A DNA stretch of 64,000 bases from Macrostomum lignano (lineage: Eukaryota): positions 372,001 to 436,000 of the forward strand of contig NIVC01000461.1 of assembly GCA_002269645.1 (NCBI GenBank). Direction: 5' to 3'. Within the stretch, counting starts at the first letter, position 1. Every line of letters begins with the position of its first letter. The position numbers and the translations under genes were made by a program. Below the pieces are notes generated by a model. It saw only the letters and a program-made list of their open reading frames with translations, was not told where the DNA came from and made no database searches. This document shows, piece by piece, positions 52,342-64,000 of this stretch.

Positions 52342-55300
52342 CCAAGGCGGAGCTGCTCAACTGAGCTGTGCCAGCTTACAGCTTGCAGTGCCATCGGTGC
52401 TGCATGGCGAACTTGGCAAATGGGCTGAGCTGAAGTCATTGTTGCAATCAACTATAATCAAGTTTGTAATAGTACTAATTAGATGACGAGGCATTTAGCC
52501 TCAATAAGACACTTATAGTTACTCCTGCTATTTACTTAAAATTGTGTTAATTTTTCTGAAGGGTTTCTTTTACAGGTAAGTCGCATTTTGGTCAAAAAGT
52601 TGCATGCCTAGTGTAAATCAGGGGGGGGGGGTTGCGCATGTTCCATCTTATTTTTTGCTTGCTTTGTTTGCATTAGTTGTATTGCATTAATTTATGAGAA
52701 TAAAAATGAAAACTTTAGACAAACTAAGGTTAATAGACTAAGTTTATGCCCTAAGGATTAAGTTTCTGCCTACAATCCAAAATTTTAGGCCATAGACTAT
52801 GGGTAGCAGTTGCCTTGAGTATAGCATTTTACCACTTTGGATTAAGTTAACTGCTCCTAAACTCAAACTGACTGCAAAATGCTATAGAAGCTAAAGCCAA
52901 ATTTTTATTTTATAGAAACAAATTTTGATATATTTTAATTAAAAAAGTTGTCAATATATTGGTAAACAAAAAGGCACTATTAAGAATATATAATTTTCTA
53001 TCGACAAAAATTGTATCATTTTTTGTCTTATGCTATATTCTACTAATTTTTCCCCTTGCATGCTATTTTTCTAGAATATGCTAGTGTTAATGCATATTCA
53101 ACCCTTTTTTGTGATAAAATTTTCTAGAAAATACTTTCTTCCTGACTATGGTTGCTAGCTACTTTTGACTATCAGTTAGGTATGCCCAATATTATACTAA
53201 CTGCTCTTTCTTATATTGATTATTTCTCTTTAATTAATATATCATATCTTTTTGTTTTATCTATATGACCAAACAATTAACATTAGTTTTTAAAAGTCTA
53301 ACTCCCTATATGCTCTAAGTTATTATAAATATGTTAACTAGCTAGGATGTAGGAGGTCTTAGTCAATTAGCCCAAATATAAAATTATGCATATATAGAGG
53401 TTATTAGTTTATATGATATTATTGACTTTCTAAAAATAAATAATTCTTCAACCAAAAGTGTATCATTGTTAGCAACAAGCATTTTAGCAAGGTCACAAAT
53501 ATCACAATGAGAAAGGAGCACAATATCTTTATGTTATTTCTATGATTATTTGGATTTGATATTGGATAATAGATATACAATAATTTTGTCTATTTTTTTA
53601 TCTATTGGCAAACAAAAAACTTTTTCTATGGGTCCTAGTTCTACAGTCTTAGGCCCAAGCCCGATTAGCTACCTAGGATTAAGTCATTAAGATTAGAAAA
53701 AATAGTATAAATTGAAATATTTTTGTATGTAAGGCCATAAGGCCGACTCTTTGCTTAATAAATTTATTATTTAATTATATTAAATCAACAAGAGTCAATA
53801 ATTTTAAAATCAAAAAGAGGATTCAGAACCAGACATAAGGTGATTCAGTGATTTAGAATCACTATGATGATTTCCTTTTGGCTCATTTTATATAAGATGG
53901 ACATATTTGGAAAATAGAAAAAAGTCAATATTTTTGCTTGCCATTGCCTAATTAGCCTATTTTTTTACCAAATGTTTATATTGTGCAATATATAAAATCT
54001 AAGAATAAAGGAATGGTAAAATGTTGGATTAGTATGTTATCAATTGGCAAAAAGTCATTTTTGTAAAAATTTGGACATTTTTCGAAGGAAAAGACATCAT
54101 TAAGATTTTGTACCTTTTAAAAGCAAATAGAAAGCTTTTGAAGGTTGAAACAAACTATAGATAAAAGTATAGTACTTGCATCATCAGATAAAAGCATTGG
54201 TGACCAAATAATCTATTATATTTTTAATGTATTAGTACCTCAAAGTTACTGAATTGACAGAAAAAAATATGTTACGACCATAATGTTACGACCATAAGGC
54301 TGCCTTTTCTTTTGTATCTTTGTTGCCTTTTGAGTTTATATATTCTAATAAAAGAGTATGATTTCTAAAGATGTTCTTAGTCAAATTTTAAAAATGTATT
54401 ACAAAATATCAAAAATGAAAAATGTTATAAGACTTTTACCTTTTAGTTTCTATATGTCAAAAATCCTGTCGTTACAACTATAAGTGTCATTTAAGGTTTA
54501 ATAGCATCTATACTAATGATGATATCTATATGAAACTCTATAAATATATTCTAGACAAAATAATCTTTCATTTAAAATATTGGTTTAGTATATTCTATTA
54601 TTAGATTTCATTTTATAAGTAAAAATAACCTGTCATGTTACGACCATGCTTATATGGAATGAGCCTTTTGGTGATTTAGAAGGTAAAGTCAGTCAAGGTA
54701 GGGCAAGCAAAAGGACTTAGAATTTACATTGTAAAGACAAAGTGAACAGATAAGGTGATACAACATTACAAGAATTTGAAAACAAAAATAGTAGATAAAA
54801 TAAAAAAAATAATTAAATTCTAATTTAATTAATGGAAAATAAACCATAGAATATCTAAAACAATAAATGATCAAAGAAACATAGTAGTAAGTTGGCTCAG
54901 GCAAGAAGCCTGTTTGGCCAATATATTTTTGTGTATTTAAGATTACTTCAGGAATAGGAGACAATATTTTAGCAATAGTTATTTAATTAATGATTAGTAC
55001 AAGTTTTGCAATATGGTCTTTGAAAGAATGCGGAAATGTTATTAATAAAACTTGGATGACTAATGAAGCGAAAGAAAAAGCAAGGAGTTAAAAAAGTATT
55101 GCATGAAATTTATGTATGTAGTTGGCGGTATTGCACAAAACAGCTTAGTCCTTATGTTATAAAAGTAAATTATATAGATATTAATTAGATGACAACAAAA
55201 TTGTATAAAATATAAAATTTGAAAGAGCGCATAGGGTTTTTTTGTGGTTTTTACGGATAGACTAAAAACAGGTACCGTATGGCTTTGATGCAAACAACGG

Positions 55301-56508
55301 TTCATCCAAAATGCAATAGATTGTATGCATTAATCTGTCAATGAAGAATATCGAGTATAAGGATTGCTCATAATATTTGGCGATCATTGTATACATGTAA
55401 ATATTCTGTTTGAAGGCCTTAAAAACCATCTAACGACTTATGGTCATTAAATAGAATTTTTTTTCTATAGAAATAGAAACTTCTCTGCAGAAATGTGCCA
55501 AGGAACCGTTCCAAGGACGTGAATCCTGATGGTGGGAATAAGAATATGCGGACTCAGTACTTTACTGCTATACATGTATATAAAACATGCTGAATATTTC
55601 AGGTTAAAAAATTTAACTGTACATGACATCATAAATTTTAGCAGCTCCAGAGAGGTCTTTTCTGAGTCTTTTTTCATTCATTTGTGGCATACCCTATTGT
55701 ATGTACCTGTGTGGCATCTAGAAGGTATTGGGGGAAGTATTTTTTCCTAATTTCTAGTGTTTGTGGGCACTCACTTAGGTAGTGAAGGATATCGGCTCCT
55801 TTTCTTGCTCCACAGAGTCCACGGCTTCCTGAGAGAATGCCTTTGGCGTGAGTTCGCATTTTAGTTTCCGAGAAAGTTCGCATTTACGTTTCCGAGAAAA
55901 TGACAACGTTAAATTTTCTCTTAATAGCATAATAACAATTTTTCCTTAATGCTTGGCAAATAAGTGCACTATGTATCCAAAATGAAACACTTTATATCAA
56001 AATCGTTCTTAGGTTTTTTTAAACTTGCGAATAATTAAAAGATAATAAAGAATGCTTTTAGAATCTATTTTTGAAATACACGAATGAGCTCATTTCAGAC
56101 TCGCAAGCAGTAGAATTGTTATCAAGCGATGGTAAAGCATACGTACATTAAGTAGTTAACCTTCTTTGAAGTCAACGTACCATTTTAATAAAAGGATAAC
56201 AATTCATTTACTATGTGGTAAAATATGATTTGATCTAGTTTTATTAATCCAGCTCCACCAGACATAATCGCAGAACTGACCTGAGATAGGCCTACACTTT
56301 TTTACAGTCACTGTTTACAGCAATAAGAATCACTGAAAAAGAAGTGCCGTCGTCTGCTTAATAGGGGCCTAATAGTAATACTTTTTATGTCGATAGGCTA
56401 TCCTGCTAATTTGTAATTTTACAATCCATTATTTTAGCTTGCATTTAATTTTAAAATATTTTTGAAAAGCAAAACCCTTTTAATCTTAGTCTTAGACTTA
56501 GGCCTACA

Positions 56509-59500
56509 ATGTCAAAGAGTGTATCTAAGTCTGTGAAGCCCATTAAAATAGTTGTAATTGGAAGTGGAGGTGTTGGCAAAAGTGCACTTACACTTCAGTT
56601 TTCAAAAGTAAGTTATTTAAATACTTAATTTCTATATTGATCACAACAGTTGTTAAATCTTCTTTGCTTAGCTTTTAATACAGTTTTGTGACTTATATTA
56701 TAAATTTTAAGAATAGATTAGGCTAGGCGCTAGGCCTAGAATAGAATTTTTAATTAATTACTAATATATAAAATATATATAGAAAAGAAGTGTTTATTCC
56801 CATGGCTATGGTCCTATGCTAATAATTCCAATTTTATATACATCCGTTTGATAATTTCCAGCTTATTCCCATGGCAGCTTATTGAAATAGCTGCCACCAT
56901 TCAAGTCTATAAGCCATGTCAATAATTCTAATTTTATCTACATGGATCCATGTCAATAATTTTCAGCTTATTCTCATAGCGAAGATTATGCAATTGTTTG
57001 TGTTTAGTTTCTGTATTGACATAAAATTTTGCTACTATATTAGTTTTTTATTGTAGCATATATTGCATAGCTTTAAATAATAATTATTATAATGTTATGT
57101 GATTTTCCATTGAAGTCATAGTATAACAATGTCATTTAACTATATTGCTAATTGCTCTATCCAAAATTAATATTGTCATTAATGACATTATTATTATAGT
57201 ATTATTAGCATTATTATTACATATTAAAATTTGAATTTTGTAAGTCTTGTTTTGTTTACCTTGATCTTAGGGTTGTTTAGTCATTCTAAGCAAAGCTAGT
57301 AGCTAAGCAAATATTTAAAATTAACATTTTTAATGATGGAAAGTGAGGTGGGGGTGGAGAAGAACTTTCTTGGAAACGGTTGCCTTTTTTTGAATTTGCT
57401 GACACCAGTGAGGTGGGGCGGATTCCTCATTTGAATTGCCGCCGGCGTTGAGTTTGCACGAATAAAACTGGAAATTGCGCAGATTAATCACAATGAAATT
57501 TCTTTTCTTATTTTACTCCGACAGCCGGGTTCTCAAGTCTGGGGGGAGGGTAGTCGTAATTGTAGCGGAGTGGTCATTAGCGACGCGGTTGTTAGCGACG
57601 CGGTTGTTACAAAGCAAAGAAACACCGGAGATTTCTGACTCCAAAAATTAATGCGTCAATTATCTGAACTTGTTACTTTCAGTAGGGTAGTTGCTGCCAC
57701 CACCGTAATTTATGTATTACGGAACGAATAAGTCTTAAAGCCTTCTTTGAGATGAGAACTTTGGTTATTTTACGCCCCACAGGCAAATGACTCAAGAAGA
57801 AAAACTATGGCTTTGGATTAGTGAATAAATATAGTTAATTATTGGAATTAATTAAGTTTTAGTGAGCAGGCTGAATTATTAAATGTTACTAAAGACTCAA
57901 CTCTATTCAGATGAAAACGGGGGCCGAGGCCAAAAAAAGAAGGTATTAACTGTCTTACACTAGCAAACAGAGCACTGAATTAATGAATAAATCAATAAAT
58001 AGGGAAAACACTAAAAGCTGACCAACAATAAACAAAATGAGGGGAAGAGAGCAAGAGGAAAACAAAAAGAGGAAGAGGAGGGTTAAAAAAAATAGTCATG
58101 AAAAATTCATTGCATTATATACAGAGGAATACATGGACATGCTGCAGGGACTCAGGATGGACATGCACCGGGGAAAGAAAATACACGCAAGAAGACATAA
58201 TGCAGGGCGGCATGGAATACATAAGCATAACAAAATCGATAAGCAAATCCCATTGCGTGCGAATATATGCATGAAATGGGTTATAGACAGATCCCGCCAT
58301 AGGAGTGACATCACCCCAAAAATTGGGAGTCACCACATGCACCATGCAAAATGTTCAAATGCCAAATTCAAGTGTTATCCATGGCAACCTGCCTGCCACA
58401 AAAGTTTTAATAAAGTAACTTAATACTATTCAGTATTCAGTAGTTTATTTAAAATATTTGTAAAATAGTGAAAACAAAAAGATAAGATTCATTTTAAGGT
58501 TTTTTAGTCTAATAAGCTGCCATGAGGATAAGCTGAAAATTATCAATATTGACACAGATCCATGTGGATAAAATTTGAATTTTTGACATGGCCTATAGAC
58601 TTGAATGGTGGCAGCTATTTCAATAAGCTGCTATAGGGATAAGCTAGAAATTATTGACATGGATCCATGTGGATAAAATTGGGATTAGCGACATAGGACT
58701 ATGGGGATAAATACTTCCATATAGAAATATATAGTATTTAGACTGCATATAGTCTAAATTAATAAGTAAACTACCTTATTAATGAATACTTTTAATAGCA
58801 TAAATAACTAAAATTATATATAATATAATTGATTGATGCAAAGCAACTAAAGTCTTCTAGCCATAGCAATAGCAATAATATCTTTGATTAAGGTCTGTTG
58901 CAGGGGATGCTTCCTTCTTAATAATATCCCACTGCTGTTACCAAAAGCTGTCCTAGGGCTCTTATTTATTCTTTGTTTAGCCTTACTTGCTGCCACCAAA
59001 GTTATTACAGAACTAAACTTTCTGTCTTTTTACTTAATGTACTTTTACATAAGTGTACTATTATTACTGGTAGTGTCTACTTATATTAATTGGTAGCATC
59101 TACTTCTGTACTTTTATTGTACTTTCTGGCCTGAGCAGTCTTTTAGGCACCATCTATCCTATCCCTATACTCCTCTAAAGATATTATTATCAGTCCTGGG
59201 TGTTCCTGGGATCAGAAGGTCACAGCGCACTTTGCTGGGTATTCTGCCCTGAGGCGGGTTTCTTAGACTCTAAGCCTGGATTTCTCTACCCTGTGGTAGG
59301 AAGTCTGCCTTCTAAAGGCGGGTGACTAGACTCCTAAGTCTAGGATTTCTCGTTCTCTGAGAATGGACTGAACTCCCAATCTTGGGGCAACTCCTATGTC
59401 ACTATCCACTACTTGAAATAAGTAACACGAGTGATCACGAGCCCAAGGCTGATTTAAAGCTTGGTCAATGTTCAAAACAATGGTACAAGACCAACAAACA

Positions 59501-62500
59501 AGAAAAGGTTCACAAGGTTATTTATTTTTGCTCCTAGCTGACTCCTATTTTTAGTAAAATTTTCCTTGTATTTAAAACAAAGTATTAATACATAGAATAT
59601 TCAGAATAATTGATCGCCAGGGAGGTTGACTTAACTTGATTTAGCTGTAGGAGGCGTCCGGCGGATGCAGCGAGGAGGCGGAGGAGACCGCCCATTCTGC
59701 TAGCCCCTGGAGACCATGACTTCCATCGAAGTGATGTCATTTTGCATATAATATTTGCATAGTATAACAACAGTAGTACATTTTTGGAAATGCAACTTTT
59801 TCTAAGAAATTGTTATAAAACTGGAGGCCTATTATAGATCCTTGATTTCTTTTGTATATCTAGTGTTGGACATACACTAAAATGCAGCAGCAGATGTAGA
59901 AGTAGATGTAGAATATTTAATCTAAATTGCATAGATAGCTATTAGATAAGCTCACAAGCAATGATTTATAACCCTAAAAATATTGAAAACCACACCTTTA
60001 TATTTTTTTACTACAAGTATGGCAAAATCATATTACAAAAATACTACAAGTATGAATTTTAAATTCTGAAAATATTGATTCTGAACTTGTTAGCCTACTA
60101 ACAGCAGGCTGTGGGCATTTTTCTCTTTTTATATAATTTTTGTAGAACTCATACTATATTTGATCAATTGATTTTCTCTTTAGAGTTTGTTGAGAGAATG
60201 CAAAAAAGGGGCCTTCTGGGTTGCTAGCTGATTTGATGTTATTTATTTAGATAAAGCAAAGAGAAATTGATGCGTGGGGGTGGGAGTACCCAGTTTACGA
60301 GCAGATATACATTGCACAACAGGGCAGAGCAGGGTGAAAGGTGAGTAGGCTTTCTCTTAATGTAAAAAACCATTTGGGCTGAATAAATATGAACTTTTCC
60401 CCCACACTCCCCCAATGACCTGATCGATTGAGGTCAAGATCATTTCACAAAAGGAAAAGTAGCACAAGGTAGAAAAAAACAAATATTAATTGCTGCCACT
60501 AAAACACCAGACTGCGGAAAAAAGCAAAAACTGAAAAAGCACAAAAATCAACCAACTGAGAATAACCTGCAAAATTACCAAAAAAATGCAAACCAATCAC
60601 TATCAAAAGAGAAAAAAACACAGAAAACACAAACAACATAAACAAGAACTATCTGGCTTGAAGAAAAAAAACAAAACTTAAAGCATCTATAAGAACAAAC
60701 ACCACCAACTACAAAAACAACCAATGTGCCACAACCAAAACAAACCACCAAACAACAACAACCGAGAACCACCAACCAACCAACTGAACGACCACCAACC
60801 GTCACACAGCCATAGACATCAATTTGACTACGCCGACCAGTCTCTCATAGAAGCCTCCCATCCATGGAGCTCGCTCAGGAATGAATGTCCAGGTGACTCG
60901 GCGGCTGATCAGAAAATCTTGACCTGCTTGAGTCCGTAATGGAGCTTCTTCTGCATCCAGTAGCCTGGCCGCCGCATGGAAGGTTTTGAAGTTGTCAGAG
61001 ATAATCAATGGTACACCTCGGCGGCCATAGAAGTGTCTCAGGCTCAGAAGAAATGACTGTGTTGTCAAGTCAGTGACAAGTTCGAGATGCACTGCTTGTG
61101 TGCTAGTACAGGTCAACAATAGAATGTAGGCTTTATGTTGGCCATCATCCTCCTCCCTGCAGTAGATGAGGGGGCTGCAGTAATCGAGGCCAACATGCTG
61201 GAACACACGACACGCCGTAACACGGGATGCTGGCAGCTGTGCTAGTTGTGCAATCCGGTATGGCAATCCTTGCAATCGAATGCATGTGTTGCATGATTTT
61301 AGCACAGGTTTTACCTTCTGCCGCCCTTTCAGTAGCCAGAATCGCTCACCAAGTTGGACTAACGTCGCTGAGGCTCTCCCATGACCGAATTTGTGATGCA
61401 CATCTGTGATGAGCAGTCTCTGGAAGCTAGGGTCTAATGAGCAGAGAATCAGAGACTTTGTCGTCAGAAAGCTGAGTGTCTCCAAGCCTTCCTGTGCTAC
61501 AAAGAACACCCTTCGGGTCCAAGAACAGCGAGAGGTTCTTGTTAAGCTGCGTGCGGGCAGTGCTGTCGCGAAGACTGCAAATGTTGGCTTCGAAGTCATG
61601 CATCTGCAGCAATTTAATCCAGAACTCCTCCGCTTTTAACAGCTCTGCCAATGTCAGCTCGACAGTCACAGCCTGCCACGTCCATTTTAAAATGCTGATG
61701 AAACGAAGAACCTATGCTGAAACCCGCAGCAATCTAGTCAAGGAATTGAAGCACTGCACCTCGATGATGGAGTGGATGCGTGCCGATTGTACCTCTGATG
61801 TCGACGTCTGTGTGACTACGCAGTTGTGTGCATCTTCTCAATGATTTGAGCTTTGTTCGCCTATCACAGGTTGCTCCGGCCAGAGCAAAGAATCCAGAGA
61901 CAGCCACTCAGGACCCCGAAACCAAGGGGACGATGAATCAAATGCGCCTGGCACGACTGGTCAGGTCGCAATGTTTGCGGGGTTGTCCCTCCTAGGGAAG
62001 AACCGCCACTTCTCCAGTGCCACAGCTGCTCAAATGTTGGAAACTCAATGGCTTCCACAATTTGTGTGTTGACTTGAGCCACCAGAGTGCGGACTTTGTT
62101 GAAGGCTTGAGCAAGCTTGTTCGCAGCCATCAACTCTAGCCGTGGAATAGTCATCGAAGCTATGGGCACGACGCGTGTTTTGCTTTAGTTTGCAGCTCTG
62201 CTGAAAAAGCAGTTTGGCTCGCGTCGGCAACAGACAAAGAACTAAGAGGGTCGAACGTCTTGGAGAATGCTGACAATGTCAAATGCTTGGTCAGACATTC
62301 GCTGGACAAGCCGATTGCCGGAAGATGATCACAAATCGGCAAATGGAATATGTCGCTATCCTGAATCCATTGCTTGCCAAGGACCTTGACTGGTGATTTA
62401 GTTGAATGTGACATGCCACAACCATCTTCAAGAGCAGTGGTGTTCAGAGCTGAGCATTTTGAGAGCCAGTCGCATATATTCATCAATGCTTCCAGGAATG

Positions 62501-64000
62501 CGCTCTGTGTCATGTGATACAATGCCATAGCTTCCTCTTTGGAGTTTGCACCAGATACTAGGTTGTCGATGTATGTGTCCTGAGACAGTTTCAGACGAAC
62601 AGTCTTGGAAGCCTTGTTTGTTGTACAGAAATGGTGAAACAGAACTTCTTGCAGGATTTCTGGACTGGAGATCAGGTCAAACACAAGGCGCACATAGCGG
62701 AAGACGTGAATACTTGACTTCTTGTCCCTCTAGCTGACCTGTAGACATATAGGCGACCTTCGGGACCTTCAATGGAGTGCCACCACACAGCCCCGATGAG
62801 CTGACACCGCCAACATCGTGCTTCTTCTATCAAGGCACCAAATACACCCCGTGGTCTTTCCTCATGGGGAAAAATAGCGTTTTCTTTCTACTGTTAATTA
62901 CTGACAGAAATGCTACAGTTTTTTCTTGAACTTTTGCTTTAATTTTTTATGGTCATTTCTCATCTTTATTTATAAAATATAACAAAATACTATTAAAATT
63001 TAAATTATTGATAGTTATAAAAGCTTTGTTGGTTAGTTAGTAGGTAATTTGCATGTTTGATAACTACAAATTCAAACAAAAAGTTTAAACAGTTTTAGCA
63101 AAACTGCATTGTTGTTTGAAAACTTTTTAATTCAGTCATTAAGATACCTTAGCAGTTTAACAGTAAGATTGATGCATTAACATATTGAAAATTTAATTAT
63201 ATATTACTTTATACTTTAAGTAAATTTGTGACAAGGTTTGCATAACAAATCAGTACTTCGAAATTAGTTTTGATAGTTATATACCGGTATCAACCAAAGT
63301 TTTTGTCACAAATTTTTAGTCAAAGTTTTTCCTGGACTATGACCCAACCATTGAGGATTCATTCAGCAAGTCCTGCTACATTGACAACGAAATGGCCCGA
63401 CTGGATATTCTGGACACAGCTGGTATGTCATCTAGCTTGAAATTATCTTCTGGAATATTTAGTAATCTATTTCGCGTTGCTATCACATTATTGAAAATCG
63501 CCCATCATACCAGTATGAAGTCCTAATTAGAGATCCCATTATTCAGAGATGGATCCATAATTAGAGATCCCATTATTCAGAGATGGATCCCTGATTGGAG
63601 ATCCCATTATTCAGAGATAGATCCCTAATTAGAGATCCCATTAATTATTGATTCAAGTATGCTTCCGACCATGTGCAATTTCAATAATACAAAGCGATCC
63701 CAAATAGCTAGACACCAAAAACCATTCACATTACCTTAATGCTGCATCGCTCAGGCCAGGAGGAGTTCACGTCAATGCGCGAACAGTACATGCGTTTAGG
63801 CCAGGCCTTCCTAGTTGTATTCTCTGTCACAGACAGGAAAGGCTTCGAAGAGGTCGACTCCCTAATCCAGCTAATCTACCGGGTGAAGGACCGCGAAGCG
63901 TTCCCCATCATGGTGGCGGGTAACAAGATCGACCTGCAGAACGATCGCTGCATCGACCAGTCTCTAGCCCAGGAGTTAGTGCAGCGCCATCAGGAATTTA
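56509..64000 (+). CDS. Ras-family small GTPase, R-Ras/M-Ras-like (3' end beyond the window)
   Basis: Exons 56509-56607 ([20 protein letters not shown]), 63320-63422 (DYDPTIEDS...ARLDILDTA) and 63755 to >64000 ([14 protein letters not shown]...[19 protein letters not shown]). Boundaries are GT-AG and phase-consistent; G1-G4 boxes are present. Confidence 0.92.
56786..58718. mobile_element. Approx. 1.9-kb foldback / MITE-like element with approx. 200-bp imperfect inverted repeats, in Ras intron 1
   Basis: 56786-56985 and about 58515-58718 are reverse complements (e.g. gcagcttattgaaatagctgccaccattcaagtctata vs tatagacttgaatggtggcagctatttcaataagctgc). No transposase was seen. Confidence 0.6.
60825..62860 (-). 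mobile_element. Decayed BEL/Pao LTR-retrotransposon pol fragment (RT - RNase H - integrase)
   Basis: RT: [19 protein letters not shown]. RNase H: TIPRLEL. Integrase: [67 protein letters not shown]. Frameshifted and truncated; no LTRs found. Confidence 0.88.
63525..63642. repeat. Short approx. 34-bp tandem repeat in Ras intron 2
   Basis: attagagatcccattattcagagatggatcc, about 3.5 copies. Confidence 0.8.

Noticed and set aside
54689-55883. AT-rich ORFs and a WMTNEAKEKA fragment reminiscent of M13 peptidases
   Set aside because: The fragments are short, interrupted by stops, and could not be joined into a phase-consistent gene.

Overview
This is eukaryotic (metazoan) genomic DNA, not prokaryotic. 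It has spliced GC-rich genes, and most introns carry their own minisatellite. The style suggests a flatworm such as Macrostomum, but that is inference only. Five genes could be reconstructed by hand from GT-AG boundaries and phase-consistent reading frames: (1) a small single-pass membrane protein with PPxY motifs (+, about 6.8-11.7 kb, 5' exons tentative); (2) the LIM-homeobox gene Lhx1/5 (-, 6 exons, 23685-36677); (3) a secreted, probably GPI-anchored amidase-signature enzyme (+, 4 exons, 43444-46931); (4) a heparan-sulfate 6-O-sulfotransferase (-, 2 exons, 50605-52341); (5) an R-Ras-like GTPase (+, from 56509, running off the window end). Mobile DNA comprises a decayed RTE-like LINE with a (TTG)n tail, a decayed BEL/Pao retrotransposon fragment inside the Ras intron, a tRNA-derived SINE-like element and two foldback structures. 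About 25 distinct tandem arrays are present, and nearly all long repetitive ORFs in the supplied track are artefacts of them. No CRISPR, rRNA or intact tRNA gene was seen, and I found no clear-cut novel multi-gene system. The most interesting signals are the bacterial/fungal-type amidase, satellites built from transcription-factor-like motifs around Lhx1/5, and the one-satellite-per-intron architecture.
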